64,000 bases of DNA from Azolla caroliniana (GCA_043228905.1 JBHGNT010000009.1:21142001-21206000), one strand, 5' to 3'; counted from the stretch's first letter, positions 1 through 11,918 are shown. Notes: generated from the letters alone by a model not told the origin. Program-made: numbers and translations.

Positions 1-108
1 CTACTATTTTGAACTACTCTCATATGTAATAGAAATTCTGTTTTCATATTTCCATCTCTGCAGTTGTAACTCTATATACCTATCTACTCGATTCTCAATA
101 TTTCTAAT

Positions 109-2867
109 ATAACTAATATACAATGACGATTCCTCCTCATCATCCTCGGATGTACCAATCAGTGCATTATCTTCGTCATAAAGCAAATGGTTTGACTCTA
201 GATTATATGTAGCAGATCTCGTTTGCCTTTGACTCGAGCCACCTTGTAGACCTGGTAATTTTTCTTTTATTATATCTATTGTTGACTTAATCGTCCGGCT
301 TTTGTAAGTGTGAAGTCGTACACGATGATATCCACATCAGAGATATCAAGGGTCGAGGTGTTACGAATGTTTCGCTTCCTCTTCCTACCTCCCCTTCTTG
401 TTTGGCATTCAATCATCTCCAATGTATACTTACCTGTAAAAGCATTTGCACTTCTAGTGTTGTACCAATGAACATTTATAGACTTGATCGTGTTTTCTAT
501 TTCATGCATTAGCACTTCTAGAATTTTACCAACCCAAAATTGGTGGCCATGTGAGTTCTCATCAGCCGGCGTTGCAATCAACATCCCCGCGGTGAGCTCT
601 TGCAAATTTCCTTGCCATCTAGCTTCGGCTGCTTTGGTCATCCTTGGTCCCACATAAATGTCTCTTTGTTGTGGATGGACCAAGCTGTCATTAATCGCAT
701 TTACTAGTCGCTCCGGACTTCTATTTACGCGATCATGTTGCAGCGACCATGTGAATGGCGTTTCCAAATTCCAATTATCAACAGATACACAATTGTCTAT
801 AATTTCTTTCTGATCACTATAAAATACATCCCACCATGACGTGTCTTGTTGTGCGGCATATTTCTTGGCGGCCTCAATATGCTTTCTTTTTTCTTCTAAG
901 GCTTGGAGCCATGACCGTTTTTGTTCTGATACCAAGTCGCTCTGCAACTGTCCTTTCTTCTCAATTGGCATTTGCTTAGCTCCATGGACAATTGTACTCG
1001 GCATACAAAGTAATAATTGGCAACCACCTTCAGGTTCCCATGTTGTAGAAGATGAATATTGTTTAGCATACAAAAGTGTAGAACCACTTATTCCATTTTT
1101 CTTTATCAAAAAAATGTGATTGAAACTTATATTGTTTAACTGAGCAAGCACTTTAACATTCCCACCACCCCCATCTAATATATATCTCTTAAAGTCATAT
1201 ACCTCCTTCAAGTGTAACACTTTTGGGCGTGGTGTATATGCATCACAAATGACATCAAATAGTTTAGGTAAAGTGAAAGCATCATGCCGAGACAACTGTC
1301 TGGAGAATGTGCTAAACATCTGATCTATATGGTCATGTGTGTGGCCAACCAAAAGGAAATTGACTTTCACTTTCCTAAACAATTCTAGGTTGACCAACAT
1401 ACTTAGATAGCCAAATACAGTTGAATTTTTGTTCTCTCTAGCAGTATTGTCCAATTGAATGTATAGAACAGGGGGGAAAGGTTGTCCCCAAGACATCAAA
1501 ACTCGGTGAATCACTGTAACTGTTAGGTTAGGGTCATTGTGAACATTGGGGTAAGTAATGAAGACGTGAGGTCGAACAGACCTATTATAAGCCAAGCATC
1601 CCACCAAGTGCATTTGAACAAGGCACTCATCATTGACATCTTTGGGGAGCCTCCGCATATGCGGCAAGCATGTCTTCTTCTGGTCCATGCCATCTATCAT
1701 TAAGCACATGTATTGTTCAGGCCTCTTCAAACACTTCTCTCTATGATGCATCGCCTTCCTTCGTTCTAAGGATTGTGCCTCACGATGCTCTTGTAGTAAC
1801 TTCTTACTCGTATCCTTTTCCATTGATGTCTTTGCACCTTTAGCCAAACTTTTAAGATTTGCACAAATGGAGCAATACCCCATACGTACTTTACGAGGAA
1901 TAATAACATTTGAAAACCGAGCTCTCCATAATCTTGTGAATTGGCTATAGGTGATAGACTTATTACGTGAGCGTAGCATTTCAGATCGATAGACATCATA
2001 AACTTCCCGACGGGTATAATTATCAGAAAGATGCATCCTACCTGTAGTGGGCATTACTTCACAATTTAACTGAAAGTAAGTTTTCATCCAGCCAATAGCT
2101 AGTCTTCCAATTGCACCTTTCATACTTGGAACCTCTTTACAATTGAGCATCTGATCCCCGCTAAGTAGACGTTGTTGTACTCTATGTAGCCGCATGTTAC
2201 TAACACATAACGCAATTTTGAATGCAACTCTACATATCTGTTGCGCATGGAAGATATAATACTCGAATGATACTTTGATCCCCGTACATTTGTCAGATAC
2301 TAGTTGCATATGTGATCCGAGGTAAGTGTCTTGCTCATCACCGGTCATCGAAAAATAGTATCGCCTTAATTCTCGCAACTTTGATTTTCCAATCATAGAC
2401 ATACAACCACGGGCACAACATATTTTGTTGACATCAAATCCAATCTGTTTATCTGATGTCACCAAGCTAAATCTAGCCAGACGAATTCTTCGTGGGATTC
2501 TTCTAATATGCATAGGGCTCCCAGATTTCTCTTCCTACATAGAGGTTGCTGTAACCTTGTTAAAGTCTAATTCTCTGTTCTGACCATCGCCAATGTTATT
2601 CAATGTTTCCTGGGCACTTCCTTCATTCTCGGTATCTTTATTAATATCGTATTCTTCAATAGAGAACTCTTCACATGTGTCATTATTTACATTCCCTGTA
2701 GATGAGCTCAAACAATATTCTTCGATAGAATATGGTGAGTCGGTCGAAAGACAATATTGTTCAATCGAATATGGTGACTCTGTTGACAAACAATACTCTT
2801 CAGTAAAAAACGATGGGTCTGATGACAAACAATATTCTTCAATCGAGAACGGTGAATCTTCACTCAT
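109..2867 (-). pseudogene. Sola-like DDD transposase (DUF7869-like), copy A, inverted
   Basis: Near-identical to 6132-8912. Motifs CCARGC, CSICANLK, IDGMDQKK, LDNTARENKN, FLLVGHTHDHIDQMFS. CAG>TAG stop at 2535-2537, 4-bp deletion frameshift near 288, homology ends near 109. Confidence 0.8.
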
Positions 2868-3538
2868 GGCTTAAGGTCTAGATAGGGCTCTCTAAGTTAT
2901 ACTCCTCTCTAACCATATACTCCTCCCTAAACATAAACTTCTCTCTAAACAAAAGCCAAATCAATAGAATGTCTATATTATGTGATATTCTATTAATACA
3001 ATACATCTAAAAATTATTTTTAATAAAGTAATTTAACTTAAATTATCAATCATTATATAAACTAGATCTAAATGATGTTAAATCAAGTAAAATATAAAAC
3101 TAATCATTAACAAGCCTTGAATATGTTGGATTAATGTTAAAATCATTGGCTAATTAATGACACCCATTTTGATATAGAACGTCTCACTCATTGGTTCTTT
3201 AATGCTCACCATTTTAAATATTAGACTTATCAATCATTGGTTAATTCATGCCCACATCTTTAATACATAACATTTGAGAGTCATAAAAATTGTTGCTTTT
3301 AGTAATCAATCATTGGTACATTCATGAACCTCTATCATTGTCTCCTTCATAACCTTTGAAGTGATTGTAGGTTGTTATGACTATAAAAGATTGATCAATA
3401 TGTTAGTTTGACTTTGTAATCATTAATACAATCATAAGTTACTCTAGTTAATGTGACTATGGTTACCAACTAACTATCCTCAAAGTTACCAACATTGGTT
3501 AAGGTGACTATGGTTACTTTAACCATGGGTTCAATCCC

Positions 3539-3730
3539 TATAAATAGGAAGACCTCATCATATTTCACTCACCAGAGCGTACAGAGCGTACAGAGCACAC
3601 AGAACGCAAAGAGCACACAAAGCACACAAAGCACTCAGAGCACAAAGCACGAAAGCGCGATCTCCGCCTCCACTTCAACACGATCAACCATGTCTTCAAA
3701 GAGAATCGAGCGCGAGGACTCCAGGTAGGC
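3539..3730 (+). promoter_or_regulatory. TATA promoter, 5' UTR and orphan exon 1 of gene 3 (copy A)
   Basis: TATAAATA 3539-3546, 9-bp CAGAGCACA-type UTR repeats, ATG 3690, MSSKRIEREDS, then AG|GTAGGC donor at 3725. Confidence 0.6.
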
Positions 3731-3774
3731 CTCTGACACTGTCGACATTTTTGTAAATATGTTTCGTTTCTCAA

Positions 3775-3900
3775 GAACTCGATACGGCGTATCGAGTTCA
3801 TGTATACAATAAAAATATTTATACACGAACTCGATACGGCGTATCGAGTTCGTGTTTAAAACCTACACTTTAAACCGGAACTCGATACGCGTATCCGGTT
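3775..3900. repeat. Short palindrome array (2 intact units, 1 degenerate)
   Basis: GAACTCGATACG-G-CGTATCGAGTTC centred at 3787 and 3839; degenerate third unit ~3875-3900. Confidence 0.95.
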
Positions 3901-3937
3901 CTTCCACCACGAGTATTTAGATGTGAAACAAAAGTTT

Positions 3938-5385
3938 CGCCGAATCTGCATCTTCGTAGTCAAATCGTAGAATACGGCCATACATAAATGGGGTTTCTTT
4001 TCCAAGCTGCCCCTCACCCTTCTTCTTTGTTGTATACAATACGACTTTTTTCTTTGAGTCGACATATTGCATACACCATTCGTTGTCCGTTAGATCTCGG
4101 TCAGGAAGGTCTTCGCCTCCAGTAGTGGCTAACATCACTATGGGGCTGAGATTTTGTCTCTTCGTTAAAGAGAAGCTTTTTTCCTCTCTTCATGGTCTCC
4201 GGAGTTACCTTGGTCTGGGCTTCGATTGGAGAACCTTGTATGCGAAGCTTAATTTTCTTCACGGGTCGGTCTGACAGATTCGCAAACGACCTATTTAAGA
4301 AAGTATATGCAAAAACATAAGTTAGATAGTTACGTAGATTGAAGTTGTTATTATAATGAAGAACAGTTTCTAGGAGCAGTAACATATTCAAAAATCTATT
4401 CTAGTCAGGGCTATTCAACCTAAAAAATATATATCGTAATAAGTAAAACGGGTTATATATTCTTTTAAATAGTAGGTATGACTTATATAGATTCTAAACC
4501 TATATTGATGAGAATTTGCCATAGTGAATGCAATTTGTAGATCATTCTCTACTATTTTAAGCTAAAGTAGGTCAAAAAACACCTATAATTAGAGCATGTA
4601 TTTGTTTAGAAGTAAGTAAACTCAACATAAAAAGACTTATTTTGACAGACAATTTGATAACATTTCTACCCCGTAAACGATTTTTGTCTCTCAAAGGCTA
4701 CACTTTAAACACGAACTCGATACGGCGTATCGAGTTCGTGTTTAAAGTTTGAATTTTAAACACGAACTCGATACGGCGTATCGAGTTCGTGTTTAAAGTA
4801 TAGGTTTTAAACACGAACTCGATACGGCGTATCGAGTTCATGTTTAAAATTCAAACTTTAAACACGAACTCGATACGGCGTATCGAGTTCGTGTTTAAAA
4901 CCTATACTTTAAACACGAACTCGTTACGTCGTATCGAGTTCGTGTTTAAAACCTTTACTTTAAACACGAACTCGATACGCCGTATCGAGTTCGTGTTTAA
5001 AACCTATACTTTAAACACGAACTCGATACGCCGTATCGAGTTCGTGTTTAAAAGGTAAGTTTTAAACACGAACTCGATACGGCGTATCGAGTTCGTGTTT
5101 AAAACCTACACTATGAACACGAACTGGATACGCCGTATCGAGTTCATGTTTAAAACCTATACTTTAAACACGAACTCGATACGGCGTATCGAGTTCATGT
5201 ATACAATACAAATATTTACACACGAACTCGATACGCCGTATCGAGTTCGTGTATAAATATTTGTATTGTATACATGAACTTGATACGCCGTATCGAGTTC
5301 TTGGGAAACGAAACATATTTACAAAAATGTCCACAGTGTTAGAGGCCTACCTGGACTCCTCGCGCTCGACTCTCTTGGAAGACAT
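3938..5385 (-). pseudogene. Gene 3: divergently transcribed gene of unknown function (exon 1 5385-5351, intron 5350-4291, exon 2 from 4290, truncated at ~3938)
   Basis: TATA at 5519-5526 (minus), ATG 5385, phase-2 GTAGGC donor, CTAAC branch-like motif plus T-rich tract and TAG acceptor at 4291. Splicing gives in-frame MSSKRVEREESRSFANLSDRPVKKIKLR...; probable frameshift near 4140 into ...EWCMQYVDSKKKVVLYTT... Confidence 0.6.
4702..5300. repeat. Tandem array of 12 palindromes TTTAAACACGAACTCGATACG-N-CGTATCGAGTTCGTGTTTAAA
   Basis: Centres at 4725, 4776, 4827, 4878, 4929, 4980, 5031, 5082, 5133, 5184, 5236, 5288 (51-52 bp period). Short linkers occur in both orientations. Confidence 0.97.
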
Positions 5386-6131
5386 GGTTGATCGTGTTGT
5401 GTGGAGGCGGAGATCGCGCTTTCGTGCTTTGTGCCTTGAGTGCTCTGTGTGCTCTGTGTGCTCTGAGTGCTCTGTACACTCTGTACGCTCTGGTGAGTGA
5501 AATATGATGAGGTCTTCCTATTTATAGGGATTGAACCCATGGTTAAAGTAACCATAGTCATCTTAACCAATGTTGGTAACTTTGAGGATAGTTAGTTTGT
5601 AACCATAGTCACATTAACTATAGTAACTTATGATTGTATTAATGATTACAAAGTCAAACTAACATATTGATCAATCTTTTATACTCATAACAACCTACAA
5701 TCACTTCAAAGGTTATGAAGGAGACAATGACAGAGGTTCATGAATGTACCAATGATTGATTACTAAAAGCAAATTTTTTTATGACTCTCAATAGTTATGT
5801 ATTAAAGATGTGGGCATGAATTAACCAATGATTGATAAGTCTAATATTTAAAATGGTGAGCATTAAAGAATCAATGAGTGAGACGTTCTATATCAAAATG
5901 GGTGTCATTAATTAGCCAATGATTTTAACATTAATCCAACATATTCAAGGCTTGTTAATGATTAGTTTTATATTTTACTTGATTTAACATCATTTAGATC
6001 TAGTTTATATAATGATTGATAATTTAACATTCTATTGATTTGGCTTTTGTTTAGAGAGAAGTTTATGTTTAGGGAGGAGTATATGGTTAGAGAGGAGTAT
6101 AACTTAGAGAGCCCTATCTAGACCTTAAGCC

Positions 6132-8912
6132 ATGAGTGAAGATTCACCGTTCTCGATTGAAGAATATTGTTTGTCATCAGACCCATCGTTTTCTACTGAA
6201 GAGTATTGTTTATCAACAGAGTCACCATATTCGATTGAAGAATATTGTCTTTCGACCGACTCACCATATTCTATCGAAGAATATTGTCTGAGCTCATCTA
6301 CAGGGAATGCAAATAATGACACATGTGAAGAGTTCTCTATTGAAGATTACGATATTAATAAAGATACCGGGAATGAAGGAAGTGCCCAGGAAACATTGAA
6401 AAACATTGGCGATGGTCAGAACAGAGAATTAGACTGTAACATGGTTACAGCAACCTCTATCCAGGAAGAGAAATCTGGGAGCCCTATGCATATTAGAAGA
6501 ATCCCACGAAGAATTCGTCTGGCTAGATTTAGCTTGGTGACATCAGATAAACAGATTGGATTTGATGTCAACAAAATATGTTGTGCCCGTAGTTGTATGT
6601 CTATGATTGGAAAATCAAAGTTGCGAGAATTAAGGCGATACTATTTTTCGATGACCGGTGATGAGCAAGACACTTACCTCGGATCACATATGCAACTAGT
6701 ATCTGACAAATGTACGGGGATCAAAGTATCATTCGAGTATTATATCTTCCATGCGCAACAGATATGTAGAGTTGCATTCAAAATTGTGTTATGTGTTAGT
6801 AACATGCGGCTACATAGAGTACAACAACGTCTACTTAGCGGGGATCAGATGCTCAATTGTAAAGAGGTTCCAAGTATGAAAGGTGCAATTGGAAGACTAG
6901 CTATTGGCTGGATGAAAACTTACTTTCAGTTAAATTGTGAAGTAATGCCCACTACAGGTAGGATGCATCTTTCTGATAATTATACCCGTCGGGAAGTTTA
7001 TGATGTCTATCGATCTGAAATGCTGGGCTCACGTAATAAGTCTATCACCTATAGCCAATTCACAAGATTATGGAGAGCTCGGTTTTCAAATGTTATTATT
7101 CCTCGTAAAGTACGTATGGGTTATTGCTCCATTTGTGCAAATCTTAAAAGTTTGGCTAAAGGTGCAAAGACATCAATGGAAAAGGATACGAGTAAGAAGT
7201 TACTACAAGAGCATCGTGAGGCACAATCCTTAGAACGAAGGAAGGCGATGCATCATAGAGAGAAGTGTTTGAAGAGGCCTGAACAATACATGTGCTTAAT
7301 GATAGATGGCATGGACCAGAAGAAGACATGCTTGCTGCATATGCGGAGGCTCCCCAAAGATGTCAATGATGAGTGCCTTGTTCAAATGCACTTGGTGGGA
7401 TGCTTGGCTTATAATAGGTATGTTCGACCTCACGTCTTCATTACTTACCCCAATGTTCACAATGACCCTAACCTAACAGTTACAGTGATTCACCGAGTTT
7501 TGATGTCTTGGGGACAACCTTTCCCCCCTGTTCTATACATTCAATTGGACAATACTGCTAGAGAGAACAAAAATTCAACTGTATTTGGCTATCTAAGTAT
7601 GTTGGTCAACCTAGAATTGTTTAGGAAAGTGAAAGTCAATTTCCTTTTGGTTGGCCACACACATGACCATATAGATCAGATGTTTAGCACATTCTCCAGA
7701 CAGTTGTCTCGGCATGATGCTTTCACTTTACCTAAACTATTTGATGTCATTTGTGATGCATATACACCACGCCCAAAAGTGTTACACTTGAAGGAGGTAT
7801 ATGACTTTAAGAGATATATATTAGATGGGGGTGGTGGGAATGTTAAAGTGCTTGCTGAGTTAAACAATATAAGTTTCAATCACATTTTTTTGATAAAGAA
7901 AAATGGAATAAGTGGTTCTACACTTTTGTATGCTAAACAATATTCATCTTCTACAACATGGGAACCTGAAGGTGGTTGCCAGTTATTACTTTGTATGCCG
8001 AGTACAATTGTCCATGGAGCTAAGCAAATGCCAATTGAGAAGAAAAGATAGTTGCAGAGCGACTTGGTATTAGAACAAAAACGGTCATGGCTCCAAGCCT
8101 TAGAAGAAAAAAGAAAACATATTGAGGCCGCCAAGAAATATGCCGCACAACAAGACACGTCATGGTGGGATGTATTTTATAGTGATCAAAAAGAAATTAT
8201 AGACAATTGTGTATCTGTTGATAATTGGAATTTGGAAACGCCATTCACATGGTCGCTGCAACATGATCGCGTAAATAGAAGTCCGGAGCAACTAGTAAAT
8301 GCGATTAATGACAGCTTGGTCCATCCACAACAAAGAGACATTTATGTGGGACCAAGGATGACCAAAGCAACCGAAGCTAGATGGCAAGGAAATTTGCAAG
8401 AGCTCACCGCGGGGATGTTGATTGCAACGCCGGCTGATGAGAACTCACATGGCCACCAATTTTGGGTTGGTAAAATTCTAGAAGTGCTAATGCATGAAAT
8501 AGAAAACACGATCAAGTCTATAAATGTTCATTGGTACAACACTAGAAGTGTAAATGCTTTTACAGGTAAGTATACATTGGAGATGATTGAATGCCAAACA
8601 AGAAGGGGAGGTAGGAAGAGGAAGCGAAACATTCGTAACACCTCGACCCTTGATATCTCTGATGTGGATATCATCGTGTACGACTTCACACTTACAAAAG
8701 CCGGACGATTAAGGAAGTCAACAATAGATATAATAAAAGAAAAATTACCAGGTCTACAAGGTGGCTCGAGTCAAAGGCAAACGAGATCTGCTACGTATAA
8801 TCTAGAGTCAAACCATTTGGTTTATGACGAAGATAATGCACTGATTGGTACATCCGAGGATGATGAGGAGGAATCGTCATTGTATATTAGTTATAGTAGT
8901 GATTCTCCGTAA
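6132..8912 (+). pseudogene. Sola-like DDD transposase (DUF7869-like), copy B; 926 aa if the stop is read as Gln
   Basis: One frame broken only by TAG at 8049-8051 (CAG in copy A). N-terminal 13-aa repeats, Cys motifs, putative catalytic Asp residues in IDGMDQ / LDNTARENKN / GHTHDHID, basic NLS-like RRGGRKRKR. Confidence 0.82.
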
Positions 8913-9314
8913 AGGAGTGATCATGAATGTATATTTGGCTATTAAGTGTAACTACATTCCGCTTGTAACAAATCGAGTAATATAAAATCATGTGTTTTGA
9001 ATTCTTATGATTTCCCAAAAATCGTTTCTTATAAAATAACATTGGTTGTAAAGTTTGTGATATAAATTGAGAATGTATGTTTTTGAAATTCGTCTTTTTT
9101 TAGTTACTTCTAAATCACGAAAATAGTGGATTTTTAAGCTTTTTCATAGTATGTTTGAACTTGTATGATACTGGTATCAATGTGTTTTGTAAAATCATTG
9201 AAAAACCCCTAAAATTTCCCTTCTCCTTCCATTTATGCGCGATCCTTCCACTTGTGAACGCGAACGTGTTTATCCAAAGTCCAGTCAAGACCAGTCAAGA
9301 AGAAGACAACGAAA

Positions 9315-11918
9315 ATGTCGGATACGGATTCAACAAGTGAAAATGAAGAAGAGGATAATAAGGGGACGCCAGGAGCCGAGCTGGCCTCGGGTGTCTTGTC
9401 ATCCGAGCAGAATAAAATAAGGAGAGAGTTAATGCAACGGAAGCTGGTCAGGAAAGGGCAAGTATTTAATTTGCCTATAACACACATCCATCGGCCCCCT
9501 ATTGATGAAAAAACAGGTTGAAGACCACTTGAGATTAGAGAGCCTCATCGCATGCATGTTCAAAATCTCAAGAAAAAAATGAAAATTAATCCTCATGCCA
9601 CTGTGGTGCCTTTTATTGTTATGGTGGATCCTGAAGAATGTGAAACCATTGAAGATTTTGATATCAGAAAGCATGATCAATATAATTATTTTGTCATTGG
9701 TGGATCGCATTCAGCAGAGGCACGTCGGCAACTTGTGAGAGAACATCCAACCACTTTCTTCTTCAAGTATGCTGAGTGCAAAATTTATGTTGGGCTCACA
9801 ACCGAAGAGGCTAAGCTGTTGGCATGGGACCATAATAATGATAATGACTATCGGCAGAAAATGTCGTCTATTGAGCGTATACGGTTCTTCCACCACGAGT
9901 ATTTAGATGTGAAACAAAAGTTTGGTGTGAAGTTACATCCAGGCCTTCGACGTCAATGTCTGCATGAAGTCGGCATTGTGGTAGATGATAATGTTAGGTC
10001 CGATGGTCTTCGAAAGTATGAGTCTTGGTTTCAATTGGCGTTTAGAGATGGAGAAGTATGGGACCTCCAAGATCAAATATTCTCAATGTGGGAGAATAAG
10101 GAGGTAAAGGGTCAACGACAAAAGAAATGTAGGGTTGACCCTCAACTAGAATTAAAGTCACAAGCCGCCAAGAAATTTGACTTGACAATTGAAGAAGCGG
10201 CAGACAACATGAAGCTGTCTCTATGGAGAGCGATGCAAGGTATTAAGGACGAGCAGCTTCTTGTGTCGGTTTTGTCAAGGGTTGTGGCGAAAGATTTAAG
10301 CCTTGAAGAAATGGTCACCGAGTTCAATAAGTAAGTCTTTCAAATACTGAAATTGTAGTCTATCTGGTGTAATTCAAAGTTCTAATCTTGATTTCTAATT
10401 TTACAGTCATAAGGTGTACATGAAGATCCAAGAAGTTATGATGAAACAACTTGGATGTATAACTTGGGAACAAGTGACCGAGGATTATCCTCTAACGTCT
10501 TCGTATAAGGCGTTATCAGAGTATTTTATTGCATTCAAGGATTGGGTTAGTATTCATGTTTTTTCATTACCCTTTCATCATATGTAGAGCTTGTATAATA
10601 ATACCTGATGTTCTATTGCTTCTATTAGAAACCGTGTCGAGGCAAGAAACAAGGAGAAGTTAAGGATATACACGATTTCCCTACATCCTTCCTTGCACAT
10701 CTCGAGCGAGCCAGAAAAGAAAAGGATCGTCGCTTAGTCAAGGCGTACGAAATGGAGGAAGATGGCTCGTTAAAAAAATTTAGCCACAAAAAAGATATTA
10801 CGAGAGATCTTTACTACAATGTGGTTTGCGGTGATGTCATCGACTTGATCCAGAAGGTGCCAAAGAAGGAATATACGCTAATGATTGCGGATATTCCTTA
10901 CGGATTTCGAATGGCTGGGTCATCATACGACGATGAACCGTTTAGGTTTAAACAATTGGAGAAGATGGTCAAGGATTTCGCTGAGCTAACGACCGCATCC
11001 TTGTGGCGAATAGTTGTCTTTCATAGTATGGACCAAGGGTACTCGGTAGCTCAAGCTTTGAGATCTCGTTGCCATGGCATCGAGAACCTTGCATGGTAAG
11101 GATTATTTATAGGTGTCTTTCATTATATTGCAATTCTTAAGGTTGTTGAATCTATTCTTAACTCGATGAATTATTTTTTATAGGATCAAGACCAATGTAA
11201 ATAGAGGTCCAACTTTTCGGTTCGTTAATGCCATTGAATACATAACGGTTGGCTACTTCGATGACATTAAGAAACAGAGAATCAAAGAGCATTCTAATGA
11301 AGTGGGAGGTTCAAATCTGTTGGTATATCCAGCAGTGACTCGGAAATTGTGACATGTCACCACGACAGAACGGGGACTTGTCAACCCATACCAAAAACCT
11401 CAACGACTTATGATGCGCTTGATCGAGATGTTTTCTGTCGAAGGAGACTGGATATTAGATCTCTTTTCTGGCACAGGTATTCCTCGAACTAGGGTAACGA
11501 TCTTGAGATAACCAATCACTTTTTTTTCGTTTGACAACTAAATCTTCTTGTTACTTACATCATAGGAACTACGTCAGCATGTGCATTGAAGCTGTTTAGA
11601 AATACAGTTGCATTGGAGAAGGACGAGGACCAAGTTATATTTATTAATATGCGGATTAAGGCTTTGTGGGAGTGCCCAGACCAGGATGAGGAGGTCGGTG
11701 CAAAGAACCTCGCCAATACAGAAAGGTTTCAACCTGCTTCACGAGAGCCTATTCCTCCGTTAGCCGGCGAACCGGGGGAGCTAATAGAGCTTGATGATGA
11801 GCTTATAGAAGATATTTCGTTGGCTCGGCTAACAGGGGAAACCAATGCACGTATAGCCGAAGAGAGTTCTACACAAGATGATGAAGAAAATGACGTTGAT
11901 GAATTGATTGCTATGTAA
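9315..11918 (+). pseudogene. ParB/Srx-like domain fused to beta-class N6-adenine/N4-cytosine DNA methyltransferase (5 exons, ~755 aa)
   Basis: Exons 9315-10330, 10407-10545, 10629-11095, 11184-11476, 11566-11918 with GT-AG introns keep one frame (2268 nt). ParB-like YFVIGGSHSAEARRQL and LTTEEAKLLA. MTase motif IV IADIPYG precedes NPYQKP..L and motif I WILDLFSGTGTTS..ALKLFRNTVALEKD. In-frame TGA at 9519-9521 and 11350-11352. Confidence 0.85.

Larger units (their letters stand above)
109..3855 (-). repeat. Left arm of a ~3.7-kb inverted duplication (partner 5220-8894)
   Basis: Reverse complement aligns by eye with 5220-8894 across transposase, intergenic region, gene-3 exon 1 and two palindromes. 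Confidence 0.9.

Noticed and set aside
4840-5058. Repetitive ORF (TLNTNSIRRIEFVFK)n
   Set aside because: By-product of the 51-bp period; it lies within the inferred intron.
4702-5300. CRISPR array
   Set aside because: Linkers are only ~8 nt and recur, no cas genes are present, and the context is eukaryotic.
9315-11918. Bacterial contamination or restriction-modification operon
   Set aside because: Four spliceosomal introns, no endonuclease partner, and contiguous with plant retroelements.
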